A stretch of DNA of 63,937 nt, filler included, from Jimgerdemannia flammicorona (lineage: Eukaryota): assembly GCA_003990765.1 (NCBI GenBank). It is 3 parts of 3 records of this genome, joined end to end, with 100 filler letters (N's around TTAATTAATTAA, not from the genome) between each part and the next. Parts side by side here need not be neighbours in the genome. Positions count along the whole stretch, not along the records: positions 42,697 to 63,937 come from RBNJ01001499.1; 2 more parts are not named here. The stretch is one strand, 5' to 3'. This document shows positions 51,001-62,245 of this stretch, one piece after another. A model generated the notes under the pieces. The model searched no databases. It saw only the letters and a program-made list of their open reading frames with translations, and had not been told where the DNA came from. Both the position numbers and the translations under genes were made by a program. Within the stretch, counting starts at the first letter, position 1. Each line of letters begins with the position of its first letter.

Positions 51001-54000
51001 AAATCATCTCTGCCATTCAAATGAAGAGACTCTCTCGAAAAAAGGGAAATACCTACTTCATCTGTATAGTACAAGAAGTCACTGAAGCTACAAGCAGCCC
51101 AATTCCAACAGAAGCTCAAAAACTGTTTGAGAATTCCAAGATGTATTCTAGGACCCCCAAGGACTTCCACCCAAGCGCCAAATCCAACATGGAATTGACC
51201 TTATCCCAGGATCTGAACCCCCATACAAGAGTATCTACCAACTGGCCCAACCCGAGCTCAAGACCCTCAAGGATGAATTGACCAAACTACTGGCCCAAGG
51301 ATACATTGAACCCAGCCGCTCTCCATTTGGAGCCCCCATTCTATTTGTCAAGAAGAAGGATGGCTCTCTGCGAATGTGTATTGACTACAGAGCCCTCAAC
51401 AAAATCACCATCAAGAACTAGTATACCTTGCCCAGGATTGATGAGTTGCTACACCAAATTTTCAAGGCCAAGACCTTTTCCCTACTGGATTTGTGAAATG
51501 GTTACCACCAGATCCTCATTGATGAGAAGGACATAGAGAAGACAGCTTTCCGAACACAGTTTGGACACTACCAGTTCCGAGTCATGCCTTTTGGATTGAC
51601 CAATGCACTAGCAACATTCCAGTATCTGATGAATGACATCTTTGGACCACTCCTCAACATCTGTATCCTTGTGTACATTGATGATATACTAATCTACAGT
51701 GAGACAGTAGAGCTACACTACACCCACCTCAGACAAGTACTGACCCTTCTGCGAGAACACCAGCTCTATACCAAGATGAGCAAGTGTAAGTTCTATCAAG
51801 ACCAGATCGAGTACTTAGGATACATCATCTCTGCTGAAGGTATCAATGTGGACCCCCGAAAGGTATCAGCCCTCAAGGATATCCCTATCCCTACTACCCT
51901 CAAGCTGCTCCAGCACTTTCTGGGTATTGCCGGTTATTACCGAAGGTTTATCCAAGGATACTCTGCTATTGCAGCCCCACTGACCAGCCTGGCCCGCAAA
52001 GGAGTGAATATCAAAGCTGAATGGACCCCCGAATGCACCCTGGCTATGGACCATCTCAAAAGACTCCTTACTGAGGCCCCAGTGCTGATTGCACCTGACC
52101 CTACCAGACCATTCACTCTGACCACAGATGCCTCTGACATTGCTATTGGAGCAGTGCTCAGCCAAGAAGACTGCCCAGTGGCCTACCTTTCCCAGAAGCT
52201 CAAGCCAGCTGAGACCCGGTATACCACCCATGAGAAGGAACTCCTGGCTATTGTCACTGCACTCCAGGAATGGTGCCATTTCCTCCTAGGACAGCCATTT
52301 GTGACCTACACTGATCACTATGCACTGCGGTATATTCACACACAGCCTATGCTGACCCACAGACAAGCCTACTGGATGGAAATCATTGCCAACTTTGATA
52401 TGGAAATCAAGTATATCCCAGGCAAAACCAACTGTGTGGCTGATAGTTTCTCCAGATACATGGAAGATGAACTTGTCTTCATGGTCGAGGTAATTAGAGA
52501 CCTCACCCAGATGATCAAGGAAGGCTACCAGCAAGATAGCCCCCTTACGAATTTCCTTCAATTCTGCCAAGACCCAGAAGCCGAGGTCCCAGAACCCATG
52601 AGACAAATGGCCAAGAGATTCACCTACCATGATGGACTTATTTATAGGGACTATGACAGAGTGGTTGTACCCAACAATAATACTCTGCGACTCAAGATTA
52701 TGCAGGAACTCCATGATACTCCTGCAGCAGGATACTTTGGTTTCGAAAAGACCTACAACCTCCTCTCAAGAGAGTTCTATTGGCCAAAGATGACCAAGGA
52801 TATCGAAGACTTCGTGGCCTTATGCAAGATGTGCCAAAGGTTCAAAAGTGGTAACAAGCTACCAGCAGGACTCCTGCAACCCTTGCCTATCCCGAGTCAC
52901 AACTGGCACCAGATTGCAATGGACTTCATTGTCCAACTCCCCAAGACCAAGGCAGGATGGAATGCCATAGTGGTATTTGTGGACTGCCTAAGTAAACAAG
53001 CCCATTTTGCACCCACCAAGACCACTGCTATAGCACCAGAGATTGCTGAGATCTTTCTCAACTAAGTATTCAGGCTATATGGCATGCTTAGCACTATTGT
53101 ATCTGACCGAGATGCCAAGTTCACAAGTAACTTCTGGTAGACATTCTTCTCCCTCCATAGAACCAAGCTGAAGTTCTCTACTGCCTACCACCCTCAGACT
53201 GACAGTCAAACTGAGTGAACCAACAGGACTCTCAAACAGATGCTTAGCATCTTCTGCTGTTATAAGCAAAATGATTGAGACAAGTATCTAGCCCATGCTG
53301 AGTTTGCCTACAACAACAGTCAGCAAATCTCTACCAAGAAGACTCCATTCTTCCTGAACCATGGTCAACACCCTAGGACTCCTAGTACTACTGCGAAATC
53401 AGCAGTCCCAGCAGCCCAAGACCTGGCCGAGAGCATTTCTGACCATATGCGAATGACAAGAGATGCTCTCATAGAAGCACAAGACTATCAGATCAAGTAT
53501 GCGAACTTGAAGTGAAGAGAAGCCTCCTACAATATTGGTGATATGGTCATGCTTAGAACAGACCACCTCCACCCAGACACTCTGGCACAACAACTAGCCA
53601 AGAAACTCCATGCTAGAAGAATTGGACCCTACAAGATTGTGGAAAAAATCAGCGAAGTTAACTATAAGTTGCAACTTCCTCACAATATCCAAATACACCC
53701 AGTATTCCACATCAGCCAATTAGTGGACTACCATGAGAACCCATTCTCTGAGTGTACAGTTCTACCACCACCCCCAATTAGGATCAATGATCATGAGGAA
53801 TTCAAAATCGAGGAAGTACTTGACCACAAGGTCCGCAAATATCCCAAAACAGTCAAGCAGTTTTTCCTGATCACGTGGAAGGGTTACCCCACCCATGACG
53901 CCACCTGGGAAAAAGAAGAAGCCCTAAAGAATGCACACGAAGCTCTTCAGGACTACAAGGAAACTCTCACTCCCCAGGAAAGAAAGGAACTGCAGCTCTA

Positions 54001-54001
54001 G
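48021..54001 (+). pseudogene. gag-dUTPase-PR-RT-RH-IN-chromodomain polyprotein of A (many in-frame stops, a frameshift near 51130)
   Basis: YFICKKVGHISFRC knuckle; AGYNLYS..GVVDQGFTGEI..QRIAQ..GFGST dUTPase; LLDSSATGNYI; VYIDDILIYS; TTDASD; HDTP..GYFG..CKMC; GPY and HPVFH; FLITWKGYPTHDATWE. Confidence 0.93.
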
Positions 54002-54644
54002 ATTTTGGAACATACAGTGAGCAGAAGGATACTACATATCTTATCCGGAAATATATAATACCAAACATTGTGCAAAAAGGAATACTATGGATAACCAACA
54101 AGAAGATACCTGAGCAAAAGAATAATCTAGTACAGTACAGCAAAACACATTTGAACAACTCCATTTCACGCCATCTGTGTCATCTCTGCTGGATGATGAT
54201 GGATGCTTCATGTGAAATTTAGGAAAGCTGACAATGTCGAAACCAGTCTAAGCCCATCCACGTGACAGATATTATTACTAGGAATTGCCTCGGATTACAA
54301 GAAAAGTCTATTTCTGAGAGGTTCGAACCCCCAGCCATGACAATGGGAGCCCTCGCCCTAGACAAGGATGGCCAGTCCTCGTAAATGTGCCAACCAGACA
54401 AAAAAAAAGTGGACCAAGACCTGTTAACCCTGTGTAACCACAACTACGGGTGATGAGATCTTTGAAATCAGGATTTTCTCATGTAATCAGCACATGCTCC
54501 GCTTACAGCACAGGTCATGCATTTTGCCAGAAAGCATGACCAATGGAAGGTCACATCAGATGGGTGAATAAGTATAAATACCCAAGACAAGAATACCCCA
54601 CAACTCTCATCCCCCTTTCCTCACAAAGAAAAGACAAGACAAGA

Positions 54645-55454
54645 ATGCCTGCTACCCGCCGCCAAACTGCCCGCCATAGCCAACCCCTCCCAAGCCAGAT
54701 TGACCGCCTCTTTGGACACATCCAGGTTGCTATCCAAGAAAGGAACCACTGCTCAGAGGCCCTTAACCTCTCCAGCTAGGATCTAGGACACTATGTTCTT
54801 AACCACCATGAACTTATCGAAAGGGCCTACCTTGCTATCAGCCACCTAGAGATCTGGCATGAATACGAGATTGGCCATCAACTCCTCCAATGGGCAAAGA
54901 ACCTACCCACAGATCAAGTCTCTAATTGGACTCACCTAGACAGACACGAGCAAAGACTTGCCAAGAAGGTCCATCAAATCATGCGCCATGCCCCCTTCGC
55001 GATCCCCAACCTCAACTATATATAACTAAAGGACTTCCAGAATCTCTCTTTCCCCAAGGTCGATGCCCTAGAAGTCAAGGTCACCCAAGAAGCCAACTCC
55101 TGGATTGTCCTCAAGTCTACTGACTGCGAACCCTACTGGAGCCCCCTCCTTAATAACAATCCTGACCAATGGCTCCAAGGTCTCTCTGACCTCCTTGAAG
55201 GACCACCTATCTAAATGGATATTCCTAGGCATGAAGATCAAGAGCCCTACTTGGATGGCCCCAACCGCATCAGATGGAGAACCCCTACACCAGCACCTAT
55301 TCCAATACAAGAACCATTTGCAGACCTCATTGACTTCTCCATCCTGGACAGCGAGCCATCTGCAACCACCACCCCCCCTGCCCCTGAGGAAGATTTCCCA
55401 CCTTTCTCTCCCCTGGTTCTCAATTTCTCAATCAACAAGGACGTTGATTTCTAA
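54645..55454 (+). pseudogene. Accessory ORF between integrase and PPT of A (269 codons, 3 in-frame stops)
   Basis: ATG 54645 follows TATAAATACCC (54573). One frame to TAA 55454, with stops at 54777, 55023 and 55212, each explicable by a single transition. Confidence 0.75.
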
Positions 55455-55465
55455 GGGGGGAAGGA
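55453..55465 (+). promoter_or_regulatory. Polypurine tract of A
   Basis: AAGGGGGGAAGGA directly before the TG of the 3' LTR. Confidence 0.9.
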
Positions 55466-56294
55466 TGTAATAGAACGAACAGATGGGACGCGACGAATGA
55501 TGAGCGATCACATGACCCGGCGAGCGATGACGTCATCATATGAATGAAGCGCGATATATGAATTATGAACAATGTGAAACGACGTGGAAAACGATATCCA
55601 GCTTATCTCTAATAATTGGCACCGCAGCAACAGTTGCCACAGCAGCTGATCATTGCCTAGTAATTGAGGTCCTGATCACAAAGTTGTTTTTGCCAAAAAC
55701 CACCTGACAAAGGTTGTGATCACAAACCTCATTATAGTTACCAAATTAGTCACTCATACTTAGTCAGAAATCGTGGACCAACTTGTATAAATACCCCCCA
55801 GTTTCCATCTGAAATAAAGCAGTTTTAGTTCAGTCCTTGATACAAGAATCAAGTCCCCCCCACACACACACATTCCCCTGAGTCTTAGTAATGACACCTA
55901 AGTGACTCTAGTGTTTCTGACTAAACTCCAGAAGCCTAGCTAACTTCTGCCAGAACTGAGACCGGTATATAAATCCTCAAAGACTTAAGTAAATCCATTG
56001 AATCTGAACTCCAAGGCGAATTCAGTCTGTGCATAGCAAAGAACAAGAGCCTCGAAATAGGGCACAAGAGAAAGACCTTTGAAAGATAAGGCACACAAGA
56101 GAAAGACCTTTGAAATAGAAGGCAAACCAGAAAGACCTTTGAAAGATAAGGCACTGCCACTACAACTACTTTAAGCGAGCGTTTCTTCAAACCGAAGGCT
56201 TCTTGGTACACATTGTGTACTAAGTCCCTAAGTAATAGTCTACTTCCCTAATTATCCAAAGGATAAGAGAGGGGTAGAAGTGAGAGTTATTATA
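55466..56294 (+). repeat. 3' LTR of element A
   Basis: Colinear 829-bp copy of 47087-47915; terminal CA mutated to TA. Confidence 0.95.
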
Positions 56295-59200
56295 CCATGT
56301 TGCATCATGAATCAGGTATCCTTTCCATTTGACAAGGTACTCAGGGTGGTTCTTGTGGCCACATTTGTTGAGGATTTGTTCAACTTTGTATTCTTCTTGG
56401 TTATTAATAATAACAGGTGCAGGTGGTTCAGTGGTTCGGTTCGGGAATAGCTCATTGTCATTGTCATTATATCACTTGAGACGTTGGACATTGAAGACTG
56501 GGTGAATCTTAATGGTGTCTGGTAGCACCAATTTGTAGGAGGTTGGAGAGACTTGTGCAATGACTTCAAATAGTCCTATGAACTTGCTGTTCAGCTTTGT
56601 GGATGGTCTGTGCTTGAGGTTGTCAACTCGGTATCCTCGGATGTCTAGCAGAACTTTCTCCCCAGTATCAAAGGTTTCTTCTCGGCAGTGTTGGTTAACA
56701 TACTGTGACTGTTGTTCTTGAGCTCGCGATAAATTCTTGATGGCAATCTGGCTTAGATTGCGCATTCAGAGTAGGAATTCTTCAATAGCTTCAACTGTAG
56801 AGGGTTCTTCAGTGGTTCGGATGAGTGTCAGAGGAGTATTTGGGTTTTGTCCAGTGTTGGTGAAGAATGGAGTTATTCCAAGAGAGGCTTGCTTGCTATT
56901 GTTGTAAGCAAACTTGACTGCAGTGAGGTGTTCATGCCAATCATCTTGTCTGTAGGAAACATAGTTCCTTAGAATTTGTTCTAGCGTTCGGTTCATTCTT
57001 TCAGTTTGGCCATCTGTTTCAGGGTGAAAGACTGTGGATAGTGCAAGTTTCATTCCAAGGTGCACATGGAGGGCTTTTCAAAAATGGCTGGTGAATTTCG
57101 GGTCTTGGTTACTAACAATGATCTTAGGAAGACCATGATAGTGGAAGATGTTGTCAAACAAGAGTGTGGCTATGTCTGGTGCTGTTGCAGTGGTAGTAGT
57201 TAGCACAAAGTGGGCTTGTTTGCTGAGATAGTCCACAAAGACAATGATTGCATCTTTTCCATTCTTGGTTTGGGGTAGTTGTATAATGAAGTCTATAGAA
57301 ATTTGTTCCCAATTAGAAGATGGTACCGGGATAGGGTGGAGTAGACCAGGTTTTGCTAGTGTTGAGAACTTGTTGTATTGGCAGGCATCACAGGAAGTGA
57401 TGTAGGTCTTGAGCTGATCTGCCATGTGGGGCCAATAGAAGTTTCGGGAAATAACTTCATAGCATTTGTCAAATCCTAAATGTCCAGCGGTAGGTGCATC
57501 ATGACATTCAATTAAAATGGTCCTTCGGAGGTCTCAGTTGTTTGGAACATACAATCTGTCCTTGTAGTAGATTGCATTATCCTTGAGTTGGTATTGATGG
57601 TACCGGGTATACTTGTTAGCATCATCACTATTCAGAATTTCTCGGAGTGCTTGAGCTTCCTTATCATCAGCACATGCTGCAATAATTTTTTCCATTATAG
57701 TGTTGGTAACCAAGGTGAGAGTTTGGATAACTTCTTCAATTGGTGGTCTTGAGATTGCATCAGCAACAATATTTTCCTTGCCAGGGTGGTACTGGATTTC
57801 GTAGTCAAAGTTGGTGAGGACTTTCATCCATCTGGCTTGCTTTTGGGAAAGAGTAGCCTGGGTCTTGATGTTGACTAATGACTTGTGGTCAGTTAATACG
57901 GTGAAGTGTGCTCCTTCTAGATAGGGTCGCCATTTGATCAGAGTGTCTACAATGGCTAGCATTTCCTTCTTGTGAGTTACGTAGTTGATTTCGGCATTAT
58001 TGAATTTGCAGGAGTGATAGGCCACAGGGTGTCCTTCTTCCATGAGTACTGCTCCAAGAGCTAGGTCAGAGGCATCAGTAGTAACTTCATATGGTAGGGC
58101 AGGGTTTGCCACTTGAAGTACTGGAGTGGTTATCAAGGCATCCTTCAGTGCTTGGAAGGCTGTATCTTGTTCGGGTCCTAATTTACAAGATTGTTAAAGT
58201 CTTTTTCTTGTTTTGTAGTCCAGGGCTGTTCTCCTTTCTTGTTGTGCTTAGTCATTTGGGTTAGAGCAGTAGCAATTTTGGCAAAGTTAGCAACAAATCG
58301 CCTGTAATAGTTTGCTAATCCCAGGAATAACTGGAGGTCTTTCAGTTTCTTGGATCTGGACCAATCCTTGATTGCGGAGATTTTTCTGGGGTCCACTTTG
58401 ACTCTATTTGGGGTGATGATGTGTCCAAGGAATTGGATTTCCTTCAGGAGGAATTCACACTTGCTGAGTTTTGCAAAGAGTCGGTTTTCTTGGAGTTTCA
58501 GTAGTACTAGTTCAAGGTGTTCGAGATGTTCCTCCAGTGTTTTGCTGAAGACTAGAATGTCATCAATGTAGACAACAACGAATTTGTCCAGGTATGGGTG
58601 CAGAATAGTATTCATAAGGGTCTGGAAGGTTGCTGGAGCATTAGTTAAGCCAAAGGGCATAACCAGGAACTCAAAGTGTCCATAGCGGGTTCGGAAGGCT
58701 GTCTTGTAGATGTCTTCTTCTTTTATGGCAATTTTCCACTAGCCATTTTGCAGGTCAAAAGAGCTCATGAACTGTGGGTTGGTGAGCCTATCAAATATTT
58801 CATCGATTCTCGGTAGTGGGCAACAGTTCTTGATGGTTTGTTCATTGAGGTCATGGTAATCAATACACATTCGCAGGTCTCCTCCTTTCTTGACAACAAA
58901 GAGGACTGGTGCACCGTAGGGTGATACACTGGGTCTGATGAATCCTTGTTCTAGAAGTTCATCAATTTCTTTCTTGAGTACATCAATTTCTCTCAGAGAC
59001 ATGTGGTAGATTGACTTGAAGGCTGGCTTGGTATCTGGGATGGTCTTGATGGCATGGTCTACTGCTCGTTTAGGAGGTAGGCCTTTCGGTAGTTTCTTTG
59101 GAAATATATCTATGAATTTCTGGAGTAGTGGCCTGATGTGGCAGTCAACTTTGGAAAAGTCTTCTTCAGAGTTCTCAGGTTCTCCTTTGAATGGGTGGAT

Positions 59201-59859
59201 GGAGATGGCAAAAAGAGGGCATTTCTTGGCCAATTTCTTGAGTTGTAGTTTGTTTATATGAGTGATATTTGGTCCAGGTTCACTAGAGTTGAGTGGGTCT
59301 TTTTCGCCTTACAGCTTGAAGTTGTGGCATCCTTTCTTGATGGTCAGAGAGTGGTTTACCCAATCGATCATGGGGTCCCAAGAATGATCTCATTATCAGG
59401 AAGTGGTACGATTTGGAGGGTAACATGTACTCAGTAGTCACCAATTCGGAAGGGCAGATTGCGGACTTCTTTGCTAATAACATGTAAGGTTCCATCAGCT
59501 GTTGCAACTGCTTGAGTTTGTTGTACTGGAGAGGTGAAGACCTTGAGTCTGTTGGCTGTTTCTTCATTGATAAAGTTACCTGAGGCACCACTGTCTATCA
59601 TAATCTTAACAGGTGCTCGGTTGACAAAAGCTTTGAGTGTAAGCAATTTGTCAGATTCAATGGTAGTGATTTTGGTTGTAGGAGCTTTCCTTCTGTTGGT
59701 TCTTCTTTGAGCCAGTTCATTGACACAAGAGAAGCAATCATCAATCATTCAGGAAGAGTACATTCCAATACCATAGGGGCATTGGCCACTTAGTACATAT
59801 CTGTCTTCTATTTTCTTGTAGAATTGTTCTTCTTTGTTCGCAGTAGGTTGGGCTGGGGC

Positions 59860-60280
59860 CTTATTTGATGAACCAAATCCTTTGGATCCTCGGATGGTGG
59901 GTAGTAGTTCGGAGACTTCCTTGACTGTCAGGGTTGACTCGATTTTCTCGAATAGGATCTGAGCAATGCAGAAACCTATGGGGATCTTGAAGGGTGTCCA
60001 ACTGTGGTTTCGGATGAGGACAATAATTTCGCCTATATAATCTTCATCAATGACTCCTCCTTCTACTGAGAGTCCTTTCAATGCTAGGCTGCTGCGACAG
60101 CATATTCTTCTAACATGTCCTTCAGGAATTTGGATGCTGATTCCTGTATAGACTTGCTTGACTTCTCGGTTGGAGACCATAGCTTCTTTGGCTGCATATA
60201 GGTCATATCCAGCTGCTTTTTGACTTCCTTTGGTTGGAGCTTTAGCAGTTTGTCTTAACTTGACAAAGTCTAGTATTCTG
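59860..60280 (-). CDS. dUTPase domain of element B
   Basis: APTKGSQKAAGYDLYA, RSSLA, GGVIDEDYIGEI, IAQILF and RGSKGFGSS (motifs 1-5). Confidence 0.92.
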
Positions 60281-60771
60281 GTGGTCAGGTTATTGAGGTG
60301 GTGCAGAGTGGTAACAGTTACTCATGTTGCTGTTCAGGGTTTTTGGTTGGGGTAGGCATTGGCCATGTGTCCTATCTTTCAGCAATAGAAGCATGCTCTG
60401 CTTCTTCTAAGTTAATTTCTTTCTCCTTCAGTGAGTTTCTTGAAGGTACTCGGCTGGGTGGGTTCATGATTTCTGGGTGTCCACGAAGTGGATGTTGAGG
60501 GAGCTCATGATGCTTCATACTTGGGTTCCTCTTTCTTGGTCCAAGTCTTTTCCTTGTTGTTGAATTGTCTTCAGGGCAGAATTGGTTCAGCTGTTAAGAT
60601 TCACTTGACCATAGTCTTGATTCTTGCTAGACACCATTGTTGGTGATCACAACCAACTGGGTGGCCTTGTTCTCAGATTTTTCTAGTAAGCCATTCAGGC
60701 AGGGCATCAAATAAATGGTCTGCTCTTGTACCATTTTGTGCTTCATCATTGGCGATATATCCTAGGCCAAC

Positions 60772-62245
60772 TGTAAGCGCACAACCTCCAAGCCACAGAA
60801 ATCACACATCACCCTCTGAACAAATCTGGAAATTACCTGCAAGATCACAAAGCTGAGTCAAACTGAAGTCACAGCGCACAAAGCTGAGTCAACACGAAGT
60901 CACGGAACACAAGATTCATACAAACAGAATCTTACCAATTAGGACTACATGCATATATACCGAGCACTAAGACGCGTCAAAACAGAGAACCAAAATAAAC
61001 AACAACCACAACTCCTAAACATACACAAACATGACCACTGAGATCTACAACCACATCTGCACTGACATTTGGAATGCCATTGTCAACCGAGCAACACCCC
61101 CTCTGCCCCTCATGAATATCCATAGCCTAGCACCCCTCTATTTCGTGGAAGCCCGATGGAATGCCCTGAACATGCTTAATGAGGCCCACCAGATTGGACA
61201 AATCTCAAGCTACTACCAGATCGGCTGCCTCTTGGAAGACATGGTCGAACACCACCATGATACAGACATTACCCAAATGTCTCAACACCAGAAGCTCATT
61301 GCCCGCAAACACCGAGAACTCTTCTATGAGTATAGCACCTTTATTCCCCACCTCCGAGTTACTACTAGCGAAATGGTTACTACCCTGTCCTATGGCCAAA
61401 TCGACGACATGATACAAGAACTCAACCACAAGTACCTCAAGTATGTTGAAACCACAGACAGAACCTTCCCACACCCCGACGATCACATCCTGCAAATGCT
61501 CCAAGTTGGATACACTATGAAGGATGTCTACGATATAATCTACTTCGATGAAGATGAAGCAGAAGATAATGATCCCTCTGATGCCGACATGACCTCAAGC
61601 CAAGGATCTCTGCCAACCCTGATCACACCGCCAACCCTGCCGATGAACCTACAACAGTTCATAACCGCCTATAAGACTTATTGGGACAATGACCATTGGT
61701 ACGAATACCAACCCACGTTCACTCCCGATTACTTCAACTACAATGAAGAAACTGGAGAACACAACCTATACCCCCAGACCTCAGAATCTGAGACTTGAAC
61801 AATCCGAACACAACTCCTGAGCACTTCCCCACAATATCCCTTCACACAACTACTCCTAGTATAGCAATATCATGAATAGAGAATAAATCTATTTAATAAC
61901 CCACAAACTACTCTTAAGTAAATCTGCTCCCTGTTAGGTCCCACTCCTATCCCCATTACGAAATTTCCTAATTGGGTATTGTCTGCAGCGATACACCAAT
62001 TCAACTAAGCTGGTCTTAGTTTCTTGAACTTCCTGAAATACAGAAAATCCTGAACATCCAGAACTAGTCCGAAAAAGGACTTTGGTTGAGATGTCAACCC
62101 GATCTTGAAATCAATAAGCGTAGAGGACATACTCCATACGAAATTGATCTTGACCATAAGAAAACGGTCTTCCAGAATATCCAGAACTTCGAGAAAACCC
62201 TTCTAGAACTACGTAACAGTTACCCTAAAAAGCAACTCTCTTACA
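60772..62245 (+). repeat. 5' LTR of C (1474 bp, internally deleted)
   Basis: Homologous to 44523-46586 but lacks a 560-bp segment. Confidence 0.9.
61031..61798 (+). CDS. LTR-encoded accessory protein of unknown function (255 aa, C-terminus lost by deletion)
   Basis: Open ORF wholly inside the LTR, preceded by two TGAGTCA sites (60854, 60885) and a TATA-like CATATATA (about 60952). Confidence 0.8.
   Translation: MTTEIYNHICTDIWNAIVNRATPPLPLMNIHSLAPLYFVEARWNALNMLNEAHQIGQISSYYQIGCLLEDMVEHHHDTDITQMSQHQKLIARKHRELFYEYSTFIPHLRVTTSEMVTTLSYGQIDDMIQELNHKYLKYVETTDRTFPHPDDHILQMLQVGYTMKDVYDIIYFDEDEAEDNDPSDADMTSSQGSLPTLITPPTLPMNLQQFITAYKTYWDNDHWYEYQPTFTPDYFNYNEETGEHNLYPQTSESET

Larger units (their letters stand above)
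47087..56294 (+). mobile_element. Element A (family 1 chromovirus LTR retrotransposon), full length 9208 bp, decayed
   Basis: Two 829-bp LTRs, 5-bp TSD CTATG/CCATG, PBS, PPT, gag-dut-pro-RT-RH-IN-chromo and an extra 3' ORF. Confidence 0.95.
44523..60771 (-). mobile_element. Element B (family 2 chromovirus): gag(3')-dUTPase-PR-RT-RH-IN-chromo, interrupted by A and by C
   Basis: CCHC knuckle relic (CFYC*KIGH), dUTPase, MIDSGASGNFI protease, [16 protein letters not shown] RNase H and integrase. The chromodomain YLVKWKGY..DATW (56295) resumes as EPKTNLQN below 47087. Confidence 0.92.

Noticed and set aside
54645..55454. Interpreting A's extra ORF as an env gene
   Set aside because: No signal peptide, furin site or TM anchor.
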